From Geosiphon pyriformis uo1 (lineage: Eukaryota > Fungi > Glomeromycota), in the NCBI GenBank assembly GCA_016748015.1, contig JAAOMT010000563.1, forward strand, positions 372,001 to 436,000: DNA of 64,000 bases, read 5' to 3'. The notes beneath the pieces are model-generated. The model was not told the DNA's origin and did not search any database. It saw nothing but the letters and a program-made list of their open reading frames with translations. This document shows positions 30,944-44,453 of this stretch, piece by piece. The position numbers and the translations under genes were made by a program. The first letter of the stretch is position 1; the number at the start of each line of letters is the position of its first letter.

Positions 30944-32865
30944 GAGGATTTTGGATAATAATCATATATACATCTTTTTTTCGCGTTATCATTCAAAAAC
31001 CATAGGGTAGAAAACAAAAAAAAAAGAAAAAAAAAGAAACAAAAAATTAAAAATTCGATAAGAAGAATATCTTAAATTCCACAAGTGTAGATGAAACGGT
31101 TTCTTTTGATTTATATTTGCATTTAGAATTATAAATTAGAAAATTAAAAATTATTTGAAATCATCATCAATTTTATTGAAATTTATTTTTAAAAATCACA
31201 ACCATAACCATGACCACAACCACAACCACAACCACAACCAAAAAGATTAAAAATTAGGGGGAAATCTTGAACCTTCTTTTTTTTTTCATGCGTTGAGTAT
31301 ATTATACGCATTTAAATTTGAATGCATGTAATCATCATTAACAGTAACAGTAGCAAAACAACATAAAATTGGTAATAATAATTGTATTAATAATTATCGT
31401 AATAATTGTTATCATTTTATCATAGAAATTTAAAAAATAAATAAAATAAATATAAAAAATAAAAAATAAATAACCAACAAAATCTTGTGCTTTTAAAACC
31501 GAATTAAGGGATATTTGATAGTTACAGTTACAAATTTGGGTTAAAGATATATCTTAGTTTTCAATTAATCAAACCAAAAAAAAAAAAATTGTTTCTGTGT
31601 ATCATTTATTTATTTTTATTTTTTTTGGGAATGTGGCAAGAATTGGTGCGCGTCTGAGGGGGGGGGGGGGGGGAAAACACCATTTATGATGAATGATTAA
31701 TAAAATAATAATAATCAAATAATCAAATAATCAAATAATCAAAAATAATAATAATAATAATAATACTCAAACATAAGTATTACTTGAATTTAATGAATTC
31801 TCAGAATTTAAAACATATTTATATATATTATTTTCCCTTTTTTTCATTATTTCAAAAGGGTCCCACCGTAAAGATTAAAAGGTTGTGAAACAAATTTAAA
31901 AAAGTTGAGAGATCAGTTTGATACTGTTTTTTTGTTTTTTTAAATTTTCGAATTTCCAATTTCTTTACCCGTTACACGTATGATCATATAATTATACGAA
32001 AGTGATATCAGTGGTAGACGCGAGATTCAATTCTTCTCCCTGATATATTGTGTGTGTTATCTTTTTGATAATAATAATAATAATAATAATAATAATTATT
32101 ATTATTATTATTATTATCAAAATGAAATTTAAAAAAAAAAGTAAATCTTTTGGGGAATTTGAAATTGAATCATAAAACTTTCACTTAACTCGTTAGCTTT
32201 TAAAGTTATTCATTTACTTCTGTGTTCCTAAAGTTCCAATGATTTTCAGAAAATCGTCTAATTTTCTTGGCCAAATTTTTTTATTTGTTTGTTGCACACT
32301 GAATTATTATTGATCATTCCACAAGAAGGCATTTTTTTAACATTGTATTTTTTTTTTTATTACCAGTTACCCTTCTTCTTCATCACCATCACCATCATAA
32401 TCATCAATCATAATCATAATCATCTTCTTCATCTTCATCTTCTTACAATTCTACATGTCACGAAAATTATTTCAAATATAATTTCTTTTGGATTACATAA
32501 AAGATTTCATCTGGCATAATATCATCATCATCATCATCATCATCATACCTATCACAAAAGAAAAGGATTTCACAAACTTTTTTTCTGTGTTATCAAAAAA
32601 AATTTGTTAATTAATTTGTGAAATTTTAATTTATGCGTATCTCCAATTAACAATTATTTTAGTGATTAATTTATTTTTATTGAGAAATTTTTTAGAATTT
32701 TAGGTTTTTGCCCATTTTACGCAATGCACTGAAATTCCCACTCCTCAACTTTAAAAAAAAAATTTTTTTTTTACTTACAAAAGATGACGATGCTCATTAT
32801 GGTCACCACAGCCTGAATTTCCGAAAATTTTAATTTACGCCTAAATAATAATAACAATACTAGTA

Positions 32866-32886
32866 ATAACCATAATAATAATAATT

Positions 32887-32981
<95 letters not shown>

Positions 32982-32985
32982 TAAT
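32866..32985. repeat. (AAT)n microsatellite
   Basis: Long, nearly pure AAT run. Confidence 0.9.
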
Positions 32986-33909
32986 GATTTTGAATAAAAA
33001 ATTTATGTGTCGTGTAATCTTTTATAAAATGCGTTGAGTATCTTTGGAAGATTAAAAACCATTATAGGGGATGACAGAATTACAAGTTTTTTTTTCATTT
33101 TGGAAACAGGAACAATTTGTATTTATTTGTTCTTCAATTTAGGCACAGAGACGATTTTTGTCATTTTATTCATGCAGTGTTTGACGATTCTATGATCATA
33201 GAAACAAAAGGAGCGAACAAATGCAATTTGTTGTTGTTTGAATCTTTTTTAGAGTCTTTGCCTCACATTTTTGGGAGGGGGGAATGGTTGAAATTCGAAA
33301 AAATTTCGAAAGGTTACGTATTGTGAATAATAAATCGTTAAGAATTTGATCAGGTATTTTGAAGAAAATATGATCATTGATATCATTTCAATTATAACCT
33401 TTACGATCAATTACATCATGCTCGAATGACAAACTTTTTTGTTGTTGTTGTTGTTGTTGTTGTTTTTATTGTTTTTTTAAAGTTTTTTGTATTTGACATT
33501 TGACATTGACATTGTTAAAATAAATTTTTAATGACCAAATTTGGAAAATCGTTTAGGTGATTTTTAGTTTTAGTTTAATATAGTTTAATCTAAAAATTGT
33601 GAACCCTGGTATATATATATATGTATATATATTAAAATTTATTTCGAGAAATGATTAAGTTTATTAAATAACCATATTTAGACTTGAAGAATTTCATAAA
33701 AAAAAAATTATTATTATTATTATTATTATTAATGATAAATCAATAAATTTATTCTTAAATTTTAACTTATATACATTTTTAACAAACGTGAAAACTTTTC
33801 AAAAAAAATAAATAAATAAATCCAATATTGAAAAATAGTTAATTAAATTAATTTTTAATGAAGATAATCATTAATAACTAAAATATTGATTTATAAATGA
33901 CAACTTTTT

Positions 33910-33911
<2 letters not shown>

Positions 33912-33997
<86 letters not shown>
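33912..33997. repeat. (AAT)n-(TAT)n inverted compound microsatellite
   Basis: An AAT run directly abuts its reverse complement. Confidence 0.9.
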
Positions 33998-33999
<2 letters not shown>

Positions 34000-35865
34000 C
34001 CATATTTTCAAAAAAAATGCATGTGAAAAAAAACTTATTAGATGATAACAAAAAAAAAAGTAAAATACTTAACCCATTAAAACCATTAACCATTAACCAT
34101 TAACCATTAACCATTAAAACAAGTAATTAATATTTAAAATTGAGGAAATATTATTAAACAAAAATGCCATATAGAACCTTAAATTTAAACGTAGCCTGCA
34201 TAATATGCAAGAGTAATTAGACAAACATATATACTTAATCAAATTCTCGGGAGATCATAGAAAATCAACTTAAAATATAATGATCTTTACCCTGTTATAT
34301 CAATAATGGAATAATGACTTAAACCGGTTTATGTATGCATTTTGTTTTTAATTTATATATTAAGTATAAATATTAGTAGTAAAAGATGAATCAAATTTTT
34401 CGACGAGTTTTCTATCTCTTGTGAGTGAGTGAGCGAGTGTAATTCCCAAGAATCTTAATTCCTCCTAGAAACATGATAGCTATGAACCATGAAAAATTAC
34501 TGCTAGGATAAAAGGAATGATCTTTTGGTAAACTGAATTAACGACCTTGTGAAAAAAATAGTTATTCGGAAACTAAAAAGTTTTTTATATAATTATAATT
34601 TTTTTTATATTAGCTTTCCTTATCAATTTTTGTTTTGAAATTGTTAAAAATTATCATCACCGTTATCATTACCGTTATAATCACTGTTATCATATTTTTT
34701 TTTTTTTTTTACAAACTTGATTTTGATTTTGATTTGATTTGATTTGATTTGATTTTTCCCTCCCTTTTTTTTTTCATTAGCAAAACTAGGTAGTACACTT
34801 TTGTGATATTTGTATTTACAAATAGTTCAAGAACTATTTAGATAAGGAGGAATTATATATTAAAAAAAATATTTATATGAATTAATAATTTTTTGATAAA
34901 ACTTCCAAGTTTTGTTTCGTCCAAGAACAAATTTTTTCTTAGTTTGTAAAGTTAAAATTGATAATCTCTCATTTAATTTAGAGTTGTTACAATACACACA
35001 AATCCCTTCTCTCTGGATTTAATTTATAAGTGTTGTTGTTGTTGTAATCATGAAGATCTCAAAGGACTGATTTCAAATTTGGAATGTTCCAGCTTTATCA
35101 GATATCCCCTGTTATTTGAGGTATCTTTTTAGGACGAATATTTTGGAATAATAATAATAATATTATTATTATCAAACATTATACCATTATTATTATTATT
35201 ATTATTATTATTATCTTGAAAATTATTTTCAGCTTTGAAAAATCCTATTACCTTAACTATAAAGAGATTAGGTAATATTATAATTTTGAAATTCCCCAGT
35301 TATTCAGTTTCCCAATTCGGAAAAGTTTACCCTTTCCCCCTGCTAGATTGAACAAAGGATCTATTTCGATCCCTGTGCCATTCTTAAAAATTCTCATGAT
35401 TTAACAGTTTATTTTAATCACTTGATGTTAAATTTTGTTTGAATATTATATTATTCTAAACTCTCTCAATTCAAACGCCAATTTCTTTCGTTTATTTTTT
35501 TTTTAAAAAAAAAATAAAAATAAAAAAAGGAACAAGCGAACATTATCAAATGGTGCATTTATCCGCCTAATCAACACTTGATACATGAGCCTCGATATCA
35601 GTAAGATTACTCTTAAATTGGTAATAAATTTGACTGAGCCCGTATTGTAAATCGAAAATAGAAGGGAATCTAGGAATTTTTAATTTAAAGAAAAGGAGTT
35701 TCTTGAAAGGTATAAAAGAGAGAGAGGAGAAATCTTGGGAAGAATAAGCATCAAGCTTCTAAATCTTGAATTCTTTTTCCGGCTCAATTTCACGTAATAA
35801 TTGAATCTTTTGTTACGAAAAATTTTAAAATTTTCATCAAAACATCATAAATCAAAAACTTAAAA

Positions 35866-36429
35866 ATGTTCAAGTTTCATAATCTCCTCCTTTCGCTTTT
35901 CCCTATTCTGGTTACTATTTTTCTAACCTTAAACTCAATTCATGCTCAACTTCCGGAATACATTCCACCATCTTTACCCGGTAAATTCGCCTATACCATC
36001 AGCCTTCCTAAAAACAATACTCGTTATGTTGGGGAAAACGCAACAATCACTCTTCAATACGCATTTGAGAAGATCCTTCCATTTGAGATCACTTTACTGG
36101 ATGTATATTTGTATAGTACCAACGGAACACAATTGAAGTCAATTATTCGAAATGCTCCGTCTGAGGAGGGGTCTTATAGAATTACTAAAAAGTTTGCTCA
36201 AGGGCTAGAGTCTGGAAATTATTTTGTTAGATTTAATGAGGTAAGATTTGAGATGAAAATTATTATTATTATTATTATTATTATTAATTTTTTTTTCATT
36301 AATAATACCAAAATTCTAACTCTTTCAATTTTTTTAATTTTTAATTTTTTAAAGACCAAGAATAGAGGAATTTATTTTACAACTGTTTACCTTTATACTG
36401 ATATTCCAATCAAGTATGTTAAAAAATAA
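35866..36429 (+). CDS. Small secreted protein, about 149 aa after splicing intron 36241-36354, Cys-free, unknown family
   Basis: Signal peptide MFKFHNLLLSLFPILVTIFLTLNSIHA. TATAAAA at about 35711, GTAAGA...AAAG intron, and N-glycosylation sequons NNT/NAT/NGT. Confidence 0.75.
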   Translation: MFKFHNLLLSLFPILVTIFLTLNSIHAQLPEYIPPSLPGKFAYTISLPKNNTRYVGENATITLQYAFEKILPFEITLLDVYLYSTNGTQLKSIIRNAPSEEGSYRITKKFAQGLESGNYFVRFNEVRFEMKIIIIIIIIINFFFINNTKILTLSIFLIFNFLKTKNRGIYFTTVYLYTDIPIKYVKK

Positions 36430-38088
36430 TCAACTTGAAAAAAAAGTTAAGAGATATGAATAATTTTGAAATAAAATTCTTATGAATGATTTACTTTTTT
36501 GATTTGATTTGATTTGATTTGATTTGTAAAATAAAACTTTATTAAAAATGCTTATTTATTCAATTTTTCGAAATGAGTTGAAACGTATTTTATTATATTT
36601 TTTTATTATGATAATGATATTTTAATTTTAATGATAAACGAATAAAATAATAATACCAATAACAACAATAATAATAATAATGATAATAATAATAAATAAT
36701 AATAAATTAATTAAAATATTAATTAATAAAAAAGAAAACCAAATATTGAATATTAATTTATTAAAAAACCCAAAATATTTATTAAAAATTTTTTTTTTTA
36801 ACTTTATATTTATATATATACATATTATTATTTAATGTATATATATATATATATTTGTTAAATCTTAACAAGTTTTTGCAAAAAAAAAAAAAAAAAAAAA
36901 ACTTGTAAAAAAACTTGAAAATAATATATAATCAATAATAAATGTTAAATTATAAACATGTATTTGTGAAATAAAGAACAATTATTATTATTATAATTAT
37001 TATTATTGTTATTGTTACTTTTAATAAGTAATCATTAAATAAAAAAAAATACATTGTAACTGCAAAAATTAAAATATTATAAAAATAACACTTTTATTAC
37101 ATAATACAAAAATGGTGAAATAAATCTATAATCAAAAGAATACAAAAAAAAAAAAATAAAAAACTTGTTATTTTTTAATTTTTTTTTTATTATGCTTCGA
37201 AAATATAAGTTACCCGCGAAACTTTATTATTATTTTTATTATTATTAAAAATCATAACTTGTTTAAAAAAAAAAAAAAAAAGCTTCAAGAAAAAAATTTT
37301 TTTTCATATGAAAAATTTGTAATCATTTATAAGCAAAATTGGTCATATATCTTAAAAGAGAAATTCCCAGCCTTAAGACAACAGGACCCTTTTTTTTCCT
37401 CGTACTAAATAAAATAAAAAAAAGATATCAGGATGGATCACCGGCTGATTTGATTTGTTTTGTTTTTGTTAGGGGTTTTTCACGATAACCTATCCTCCCC
37501 TCCACTCTATATTCAGGATAATATTGTGAATATCGACGTGTTGGATATGATAATATCCTTTTTTTACATTTATATATAAATTTTTTTGGCAGATCTACAA
37601 ATAGTTAGTATGGCATCAGAAGCAAAAGCAAAAGCAAAAGCAGAGACACCAGCAGCAGCAGCAGCAGCAAAAGCATAAGCAGGGTCTTGACAACAAATCA
37701 TGATAATCCCGAGCGACAGGGCATGAAATGTTTTTTGAAGCAATGTAAAAAAAAAAAACAAAAAGCACATTGAAGAGCTCTGGAGGATCTCATTTAATGT
37801 GTATGTGTTGTGTTGTTGTGTGTGTACTGCCAAAATACTTGTACTTTTTTATGCTGCAATTTTGTTGTTACTTCTTGATACAATAAAAATCAAAAAGATT
37901 TTTGGTTGCTCTTTTTGGAAATACATAAACGAAGAAGGTGGTTTCAACTTGACGACGTCGTAAAATGTCCGATATATATGAAGGAATAAGTTATTAATTA
38001 CCCGTTTGTTGACAATCAGACCAACTCGTATGTATATTGTTCAACATCAAACACACTGGTTGAAAACCTGCCTTGCTTATACCTTTAC

Positions 38089-38096
38089 TGGTGGTG

Positions 38097-38138
<42 letters not shown>

Positions 38139-38168
38139 CTATTGCTGCTACTGTTGCTACTGTTGCTA

Positions 38169-38200
<32 letters not shown>

Positions 38201-38232
38201 GCTGCTGATGCTTCTGCTGCTGTCGCTGTTGC
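38089..38232. repeat. Compound trinucleotide repeat (GGT)n-(AGT)n-(GCT)n
   Basis: Read directly from the sequence. Confidence 0.9.
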
Positions 38233-39683
38233 CAATTCTAAAGTCGGATTTTTTTAATCATTGTATTCACTAAAGTTTTTTTTTTTTAAAAAAAATCTCA
38301 AAAATAATGTGCATGAATGGAAATGAAAAATATTCTCAAAGGTATTTTGCTGCTGTGGTCATTCCTATTAAGAATTAAATGTTACCATCTTGGAAAAAAG
38401 TTGTTTTGAAAAAATCTCTTGTATTTGAGAAATTTAGTTTTCTTGCAAAATTTTCTACAAAGATATTGAATTTTTTGGTGAGCTCTAACAATTGAAAACG
38501 GGTTTTTGCTTTAATGGGTAGCTGTTTAACTTTCTTTAAAGTTCTACACAAATAATGAAAGCCGCAGTATTTATTTTGTTGCCATATATATCATTAAATA
38601 TTGTTGAATGAAACCCTATTAGAATGTAAAATGGATAACTGAAACATTTCGATTAGATTCGCTTTTAAAAACCTTACACAAACCTATAAATCATTACACT
38701 TTCTCTTTCTTACTAAACTTTTCTTGTCACACATATGGTACATAGAAACTTTTGTACTACACCTGATTACTTTATTCTATTTTGGAGGGGGGGAGAGGGA
38801 GAGGGAGAGGGAGAGGGGGGGGGAGGTGAAGGGAAGAAATCAAAAAATATTTGAACAAATACAGGAAAATTAAGGAGACTCAGAAACACTAACTTTCATC
38901 ATCATCGTCCACTCGAAAAATCTAAAAAAATTGGGTTTTGGAAACGCCAGAATTGCCATAAATGCGAACCAATTAAAGCTTTGTACAATAGTCCTAGTAT
39001 AACACAGGGTGTGAATGAGGAACTTCAGGGTTCATTTAATGATTTTCATTTTTTCCATTTTTTCCATTTTTTTTTTTCGGTGAGATGGGATGATTTCATC
39101 GACAACAATAAAAAAGATGTTTGGGAAACTAAAATGGTGTTTAATAGCCAGGAGCAGCAAGACACCCATATGACATGAAACTAAAAGCAGAAATGGTTTA
39201 TTCTTGACATACAGCTTATATATTTTGATGTATGTAAAGTGGATCATGTTGTTTTTATTACTTCTTCTTCTTCTTCTTCTGTTGCCTTTTGATGATGCCT
39301 GTTGTTGCTCTTTTTTGTTGCTACTTCATGCTGGCATGTTTTGTTTTTATCCATGTTTCGACTGATCTTTTTGCCTTTTTTTCTTTAGATACTTGCAGTT
39401 CAATAAACGAAAGAGATCTTAAGCTTTTCGGGATGATATTTCATGTCAACAAACAATAAATATTGAACACAAATACACCGTCCTACTCGAACACAATCCG
39501 AGACAATAGCGCCTTTGGGACTCGATCCTCAGGTATTTACAGAATAGTTAAATCAAAAAAGAAAAATGAATTGTAACTAGATCATAAGTGAAATAAGATG
39601 TGATATTAACTGCCCATGAATCTTGCTGATACGCAACATGACATGAGGGAAAAGTATAGTAAAAAAAAAAAAAAATAATGAAA

Positions 39684-39721
<38 letters not shown>

Positions 39722-39789
39722 AATGCAAACAAGAGTGGTGATAGCATCGCTCTTAAAATTAATTTCATTGCGTCCAAAGACAATGGGGG

Positions 39790-39850
39790 GAGAGATAGAG
39801 ATAGAGATAGAGATAGAGATAGAGATAGAGATAGAGAGAGAGAGAGAGAG
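39790..39850. repeat. (AGAGAT)n-(AG)n microsatellite
   Basis: Read directly from the sequence. Confidence 0.9.
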
Positions 39851-41221
39851 AAAAGCGTGTCAAGTAAAAGGCCATGAATAATAAAAATTAAATTCGTACA
39901 TACACACACACACAAAAAAAAAATTGAAATAAAACCGAACAATGCAACGTGTTGTGACAAAACATTAAATTTGTGTGTTTGTTTCTCCCAATATTTTAAC
40001 AATGGAAAAACGGACAAGGAAATACCTTCAAAATAATCATGTTAAATGTTGGTGGTGTAAGCGAAAGAAGAATTATCATCGAGCCTGATCATTTAATTGG
40101 GCGATCTCATTACAGTCATTTTTGACTCATTGGAATCTTAATAATTCGTCTCTCTTTAAGTTTTTGTTAGAATATCAAAACGAAAGACTGCAAACACCGA
40201 AGATCCAGTATGCACAATGCGGCAGGTACGGGTAAAAATACAACATGCAAAGAACAAAACCGCAAAACACGGATCAACATTGCTTTCTTGGGCCAGAAAC
40301 CCTTTCTCCTCTTTATTATTCACTTAATGTCAATTGTAAAAACGAGCATTTCGAGTTTTTCCATTTTTTTTCTTCCCTGGTATATCGTTCTACCAATTTT
40401 AGGGGATGATCTGGAATTTTCGGCGGCCGTCAGTCTCTAGCTCATAAATTTCCTATTCCGGGCTTTTTTTCTGTTCTGATTTCTATCCTGATGTTCTCTT
40501 TGATCTGACACATCCTGCTTATCATGAAATCAAAAGAGTTGGAGTCTCTCCCTCCTTTGAAGAAAGTTTGTTTTTCTTTGTGTCCCTTCCCCTTGCTTGT
40601 ATGATGATGCCGATTCATTCCTATTATGATGATGATGATGATGATACTAATAATTTTAATGATTACTTTGACGCCTCCCAGTCGTGGGTCCCCATCTTCC
40701 CATATCCTGAGAGATCTAAATTCGGAAAGATACGTTCCGAACCCTGATTTCAGGGAACAATTGATTTTTGTTTCGCAGGGAACAGAACCTAAAAGAGTCT
40801 TAACCATTTCCATTCTGCTGGGCTCATATTTTATCGCGATTGATCCCATCAAAAGGAATTTTTTGCTGTTGGTCAAAGAACAATCCGAATTCAAATTAAA
40901 AAACTCTTTAGTAAAGAAAGAAAGAAAAAAAAAAAAAAAAAGGTTTCTCACGCACTTAATCATATCAATACTGTCACTTCCTTATTAAGACTAATATAAT
41001 TTTTCCTTGTGTCTGATTCGGCTTTATTTTTCTTTGTTGCTTCAACTTCTTTTTCTCGTTTACTTCTCGTGGTTGCGACCTTACGGATCTTGGCTCTAAT
41101 GATAAAAAGCGATAATTTGTTTCTCGCAAAAAAAAAAAAGAAGAAATATAGACATATATAAAAAATTAGGAAATTTAACGTGAAAATAATAAATTATTAT
41201 TATTACGATTATTATTCTTAC

Positions 41222-41264
<43 letters not shown>

Positions 41265-42401
41265 TATTTATTAAAATAGATTATTCCTTACATTTGAGTA
41301 TTTTTTTCAAATTTTTTACCGGCTATCATAAGCCTACCACAAGCCTACCAAACCTACGTTCTTCGTTCCACATATTTGATCATCAAATCCAAATTTCTTG
41401 GTGCCCACGTCGATTTTTCGTCATGTAACTCATGAAATAGGTGAAAGGCGTCGTTCTAGATTCACTTGACTTATTTAGAACCGCATCATTTGTCACAATT
41501 CTATTTAAAATATCACACCGTTATATACTGGTCATTGTATAATGCGAAGATGCTCCGAATAAGTTAGGTGTCTCAGAAGATACTTTTGGATAAATTAGCA
41601 TTATCAAATCACAATTGAAATTATCAATAGCCTATCTTTTATCGTATTTTCCCTATCATTGATATGGTTACCTAAAATTACGAGTTTTCCTTTTCCTTCA
41701 CGCCGTCTTCAACCTAGAACTCACCCGTCGTTGAAAAACAACCTTGAAAGGTCTCCACGGCCCCGAGCCGCCCCAATTTCTTCGTATACTTTGTGTTGCT
41801 GATTCAAGATCCAATTCTTTTCGCACACACAAACAAGACCAAAAACAAAAACATTCATTTCGCCAGATTTCCTCGTGTTTCACTGGTTTTTCTCGCAACT
41901 TTTCTCTCAGGACAACGAGTACCTTTTTTCAAATTAAGCTTACCTCAATTTTTACTCCAATCATTTACAACCTTCTAAAAAATCACGAATCGATTTCGCG
42001 ACATCATCAAATTAGGCAGTTTCTCATCGACCTAACGAACAAAAATGAATTTAGAGTTAGTTGACCAACCAGTTTTCGTATATTTTTGGAAGATAACTCA
42101 ACCTCTACCCAAATCCAGACTTCTGTACCTCCTTTTTCTACTAATCAGGTATAGCCAATTGATAACTTCTTTTTCGATTGGTTAATCAACCAAAAAAGTA
42201 TTGTACGATGCTCGTTGTATCGCCATAATATTATGAAAGGACAACAACCGGTTGTTGTTGTCTTTTTTGCGAAACCTGCAAACAGGATATTGACATAAAA
42301 GGTCAAATAGGTTTTTTGTCACCTTGTATACATCTTGAATGATAAATGTAAACTAGCGCCATATTTGAATCAATGGTTTGGTAAATGGTGAGCACAATGT
42401 C

Positions 42402-42440
<39 letters not shown>

Positions 42441-42565
42441 TAATAATAAATAATATAATATCAATTTCAAAAGTGACACGATGAATGATTATGATGAGAT
42501 TGGTTTTTTATTTTAATTTCTCTCAAATAATAATAATAATAATAATATACATTGATTAATTGTTG

Positions 42566-42609
<44 letters not shown>

Positions 42610-44453
42610 TTGATGATGATGAGTCAAATTATCAATATCGACAATAATAAAAAAAATTTAATTTCTTTTCCCTACCTTTATTATGTTTTTCTTACCTTTG
42701 ATTTCATCGCGATCTTTCCAAAGCAACTTAAAGAAAAGACATTTCATTCTCTGTTTGATTTCTTCTCCGAGTCTGTCATTCTTTTTTAATATTCTTTCAT
42801 ATTCGCCGCCGTGTAAAAAAAAAAAAAAAAAAATTTATCCAAAAGAGTTATTATTAGAATAATCATCACGGGTTCCCTGACACTTTTCTTGTTGATTCAA
42901 TTTAATCGGTGTATTAAATTTATGAAAATCTTGTAACCCATTTCAAATTTCAATAGAATTTTACTTTAAAATTTCTATATATTATAAATTTGGAATACAG
43001 TCTCAATACCCTTTTGAACTTTTTTATCCAATAGTATGAAAAAATTTTCAATTTTACTTTGAGTAAATCTGCACCCCCATCCAACATCCCCTTTCTTCAC
43101 CTCCTCTCTAACATTCTTTCTATTACTTACTTTAATCTCATTTTTAATAAAGCCAACTCTTTTTCACTCGTTTTTCCCCCCTCTTTTCTTTTCTCTCTTC
43201 TCTTCTTCACCACCACTTTAGACCGGTGAATAAAAAATAACAAACCAGCAAAAAGCAGCAAACTGTACAGTGTACGGGTAATATATCTCTTAATCAAAAT
43301 TAAAATTATTTCTTTTTGTCGTGATTTTTTTCTCTTCAATCAACAAAAATATATATCAATGAAGAAAGCTTTAAGGACTATATATTAGATTTTTTCACTT
43401 GGATAAAGATTGCGAGTTTTTTCAAACATTTTACATTTTATTCCCGAGTTGCTGCAAAACAACTAGAAAAACTAAAAAAGAACAAAGAGTTTGTTGCTCG
43501 TTTTATCCATCAACTGGGAACATTATCTTGAAATCTCCTCTTGCTATTTTTTATTCGTGACAATACTAAGCAATTCTCTCCTCAATTATTCCCCATTTTC
43601 CTGATATCAACAATTTAATAGATTATCGACAAAATATAGACGCTGCCAAAGAGCCTCCCATACAAACTTCGTAAAGAAAGCTGATCTCTTCGCCTCACTC
43701 TCACCTGAGAAAAAAAAGAAAAAAAGAAAATTCTTGTAATTTTCTTTCACTCCCTCCCCTTCATTCAAAAACTTCATTTTCCGTTTACAACTCGCTGGTC
43801 AAATAGACACATCAGAATTGCAAACCCCAAACAGCATTCAACGTTCTTCACAAATAGAATAGCATAAACTTTTCCTTCAAACTACATTACAACTACTACT
43901 GGTTGCTGGTATCTTTAAAATAATAGGTACATATAATAATAATAATAATAATAACAATAATAATTATAATAATTATAATAATAATAATTTTTTTTTTTCA
44001 TGTAAAAAATCTTTTTCTTGACCGTCCAAAATTAATCACCGATTCTTTTTCTCTCTTACTAGCGTATCTTACTCAAAATCTTTACCAGAATTTACCACGC
44101 CGACTTCTCCGGCCCCTTCACTCTCTCACTTTTCCACCACGAATTCCAACAACAATAACAGTTCTTCCTCCGTCACGAACTCGCCAAAGAACCAGAACTC
44201 TACCGCGAATTCAGCCTCCACTTCTCCAAAAACTAATAACAGCAACAACTCTCAAGCTGCGTCACGCTCTTTAAACAACAACAACAACAACAACAACTCC
44301 TCCTCTGTGAACACTTCTCCCTCGTCTACCTCTGTTAATTTACCTCCTCACCCTTCCGCCTTCTCTCCTTATCAAAATTCAGCTCAGCATCCTACACCAG
44401 TCACAACCCCAACATCTATTCCTAAAAACCCTCTTTCACAACCAGAAGTAAAC

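Noticed and set aside
34071-34117. (TTAACCA)n as an interstitial telomere
   Set aside because: Only about 6 units, not TTAGGG, and set among many other microsatellites.
38006-38273. ORFs with poly-G/S/A or poly-V/L
   Set aside because: Translations of a compound trinucleotide repeat, with non-ATG starts.
40210-40988. Overlapping ORFs of 76-173 aa
   Set aside because: Driven by simple repeats, with no recognisable domain or consistent splice model.
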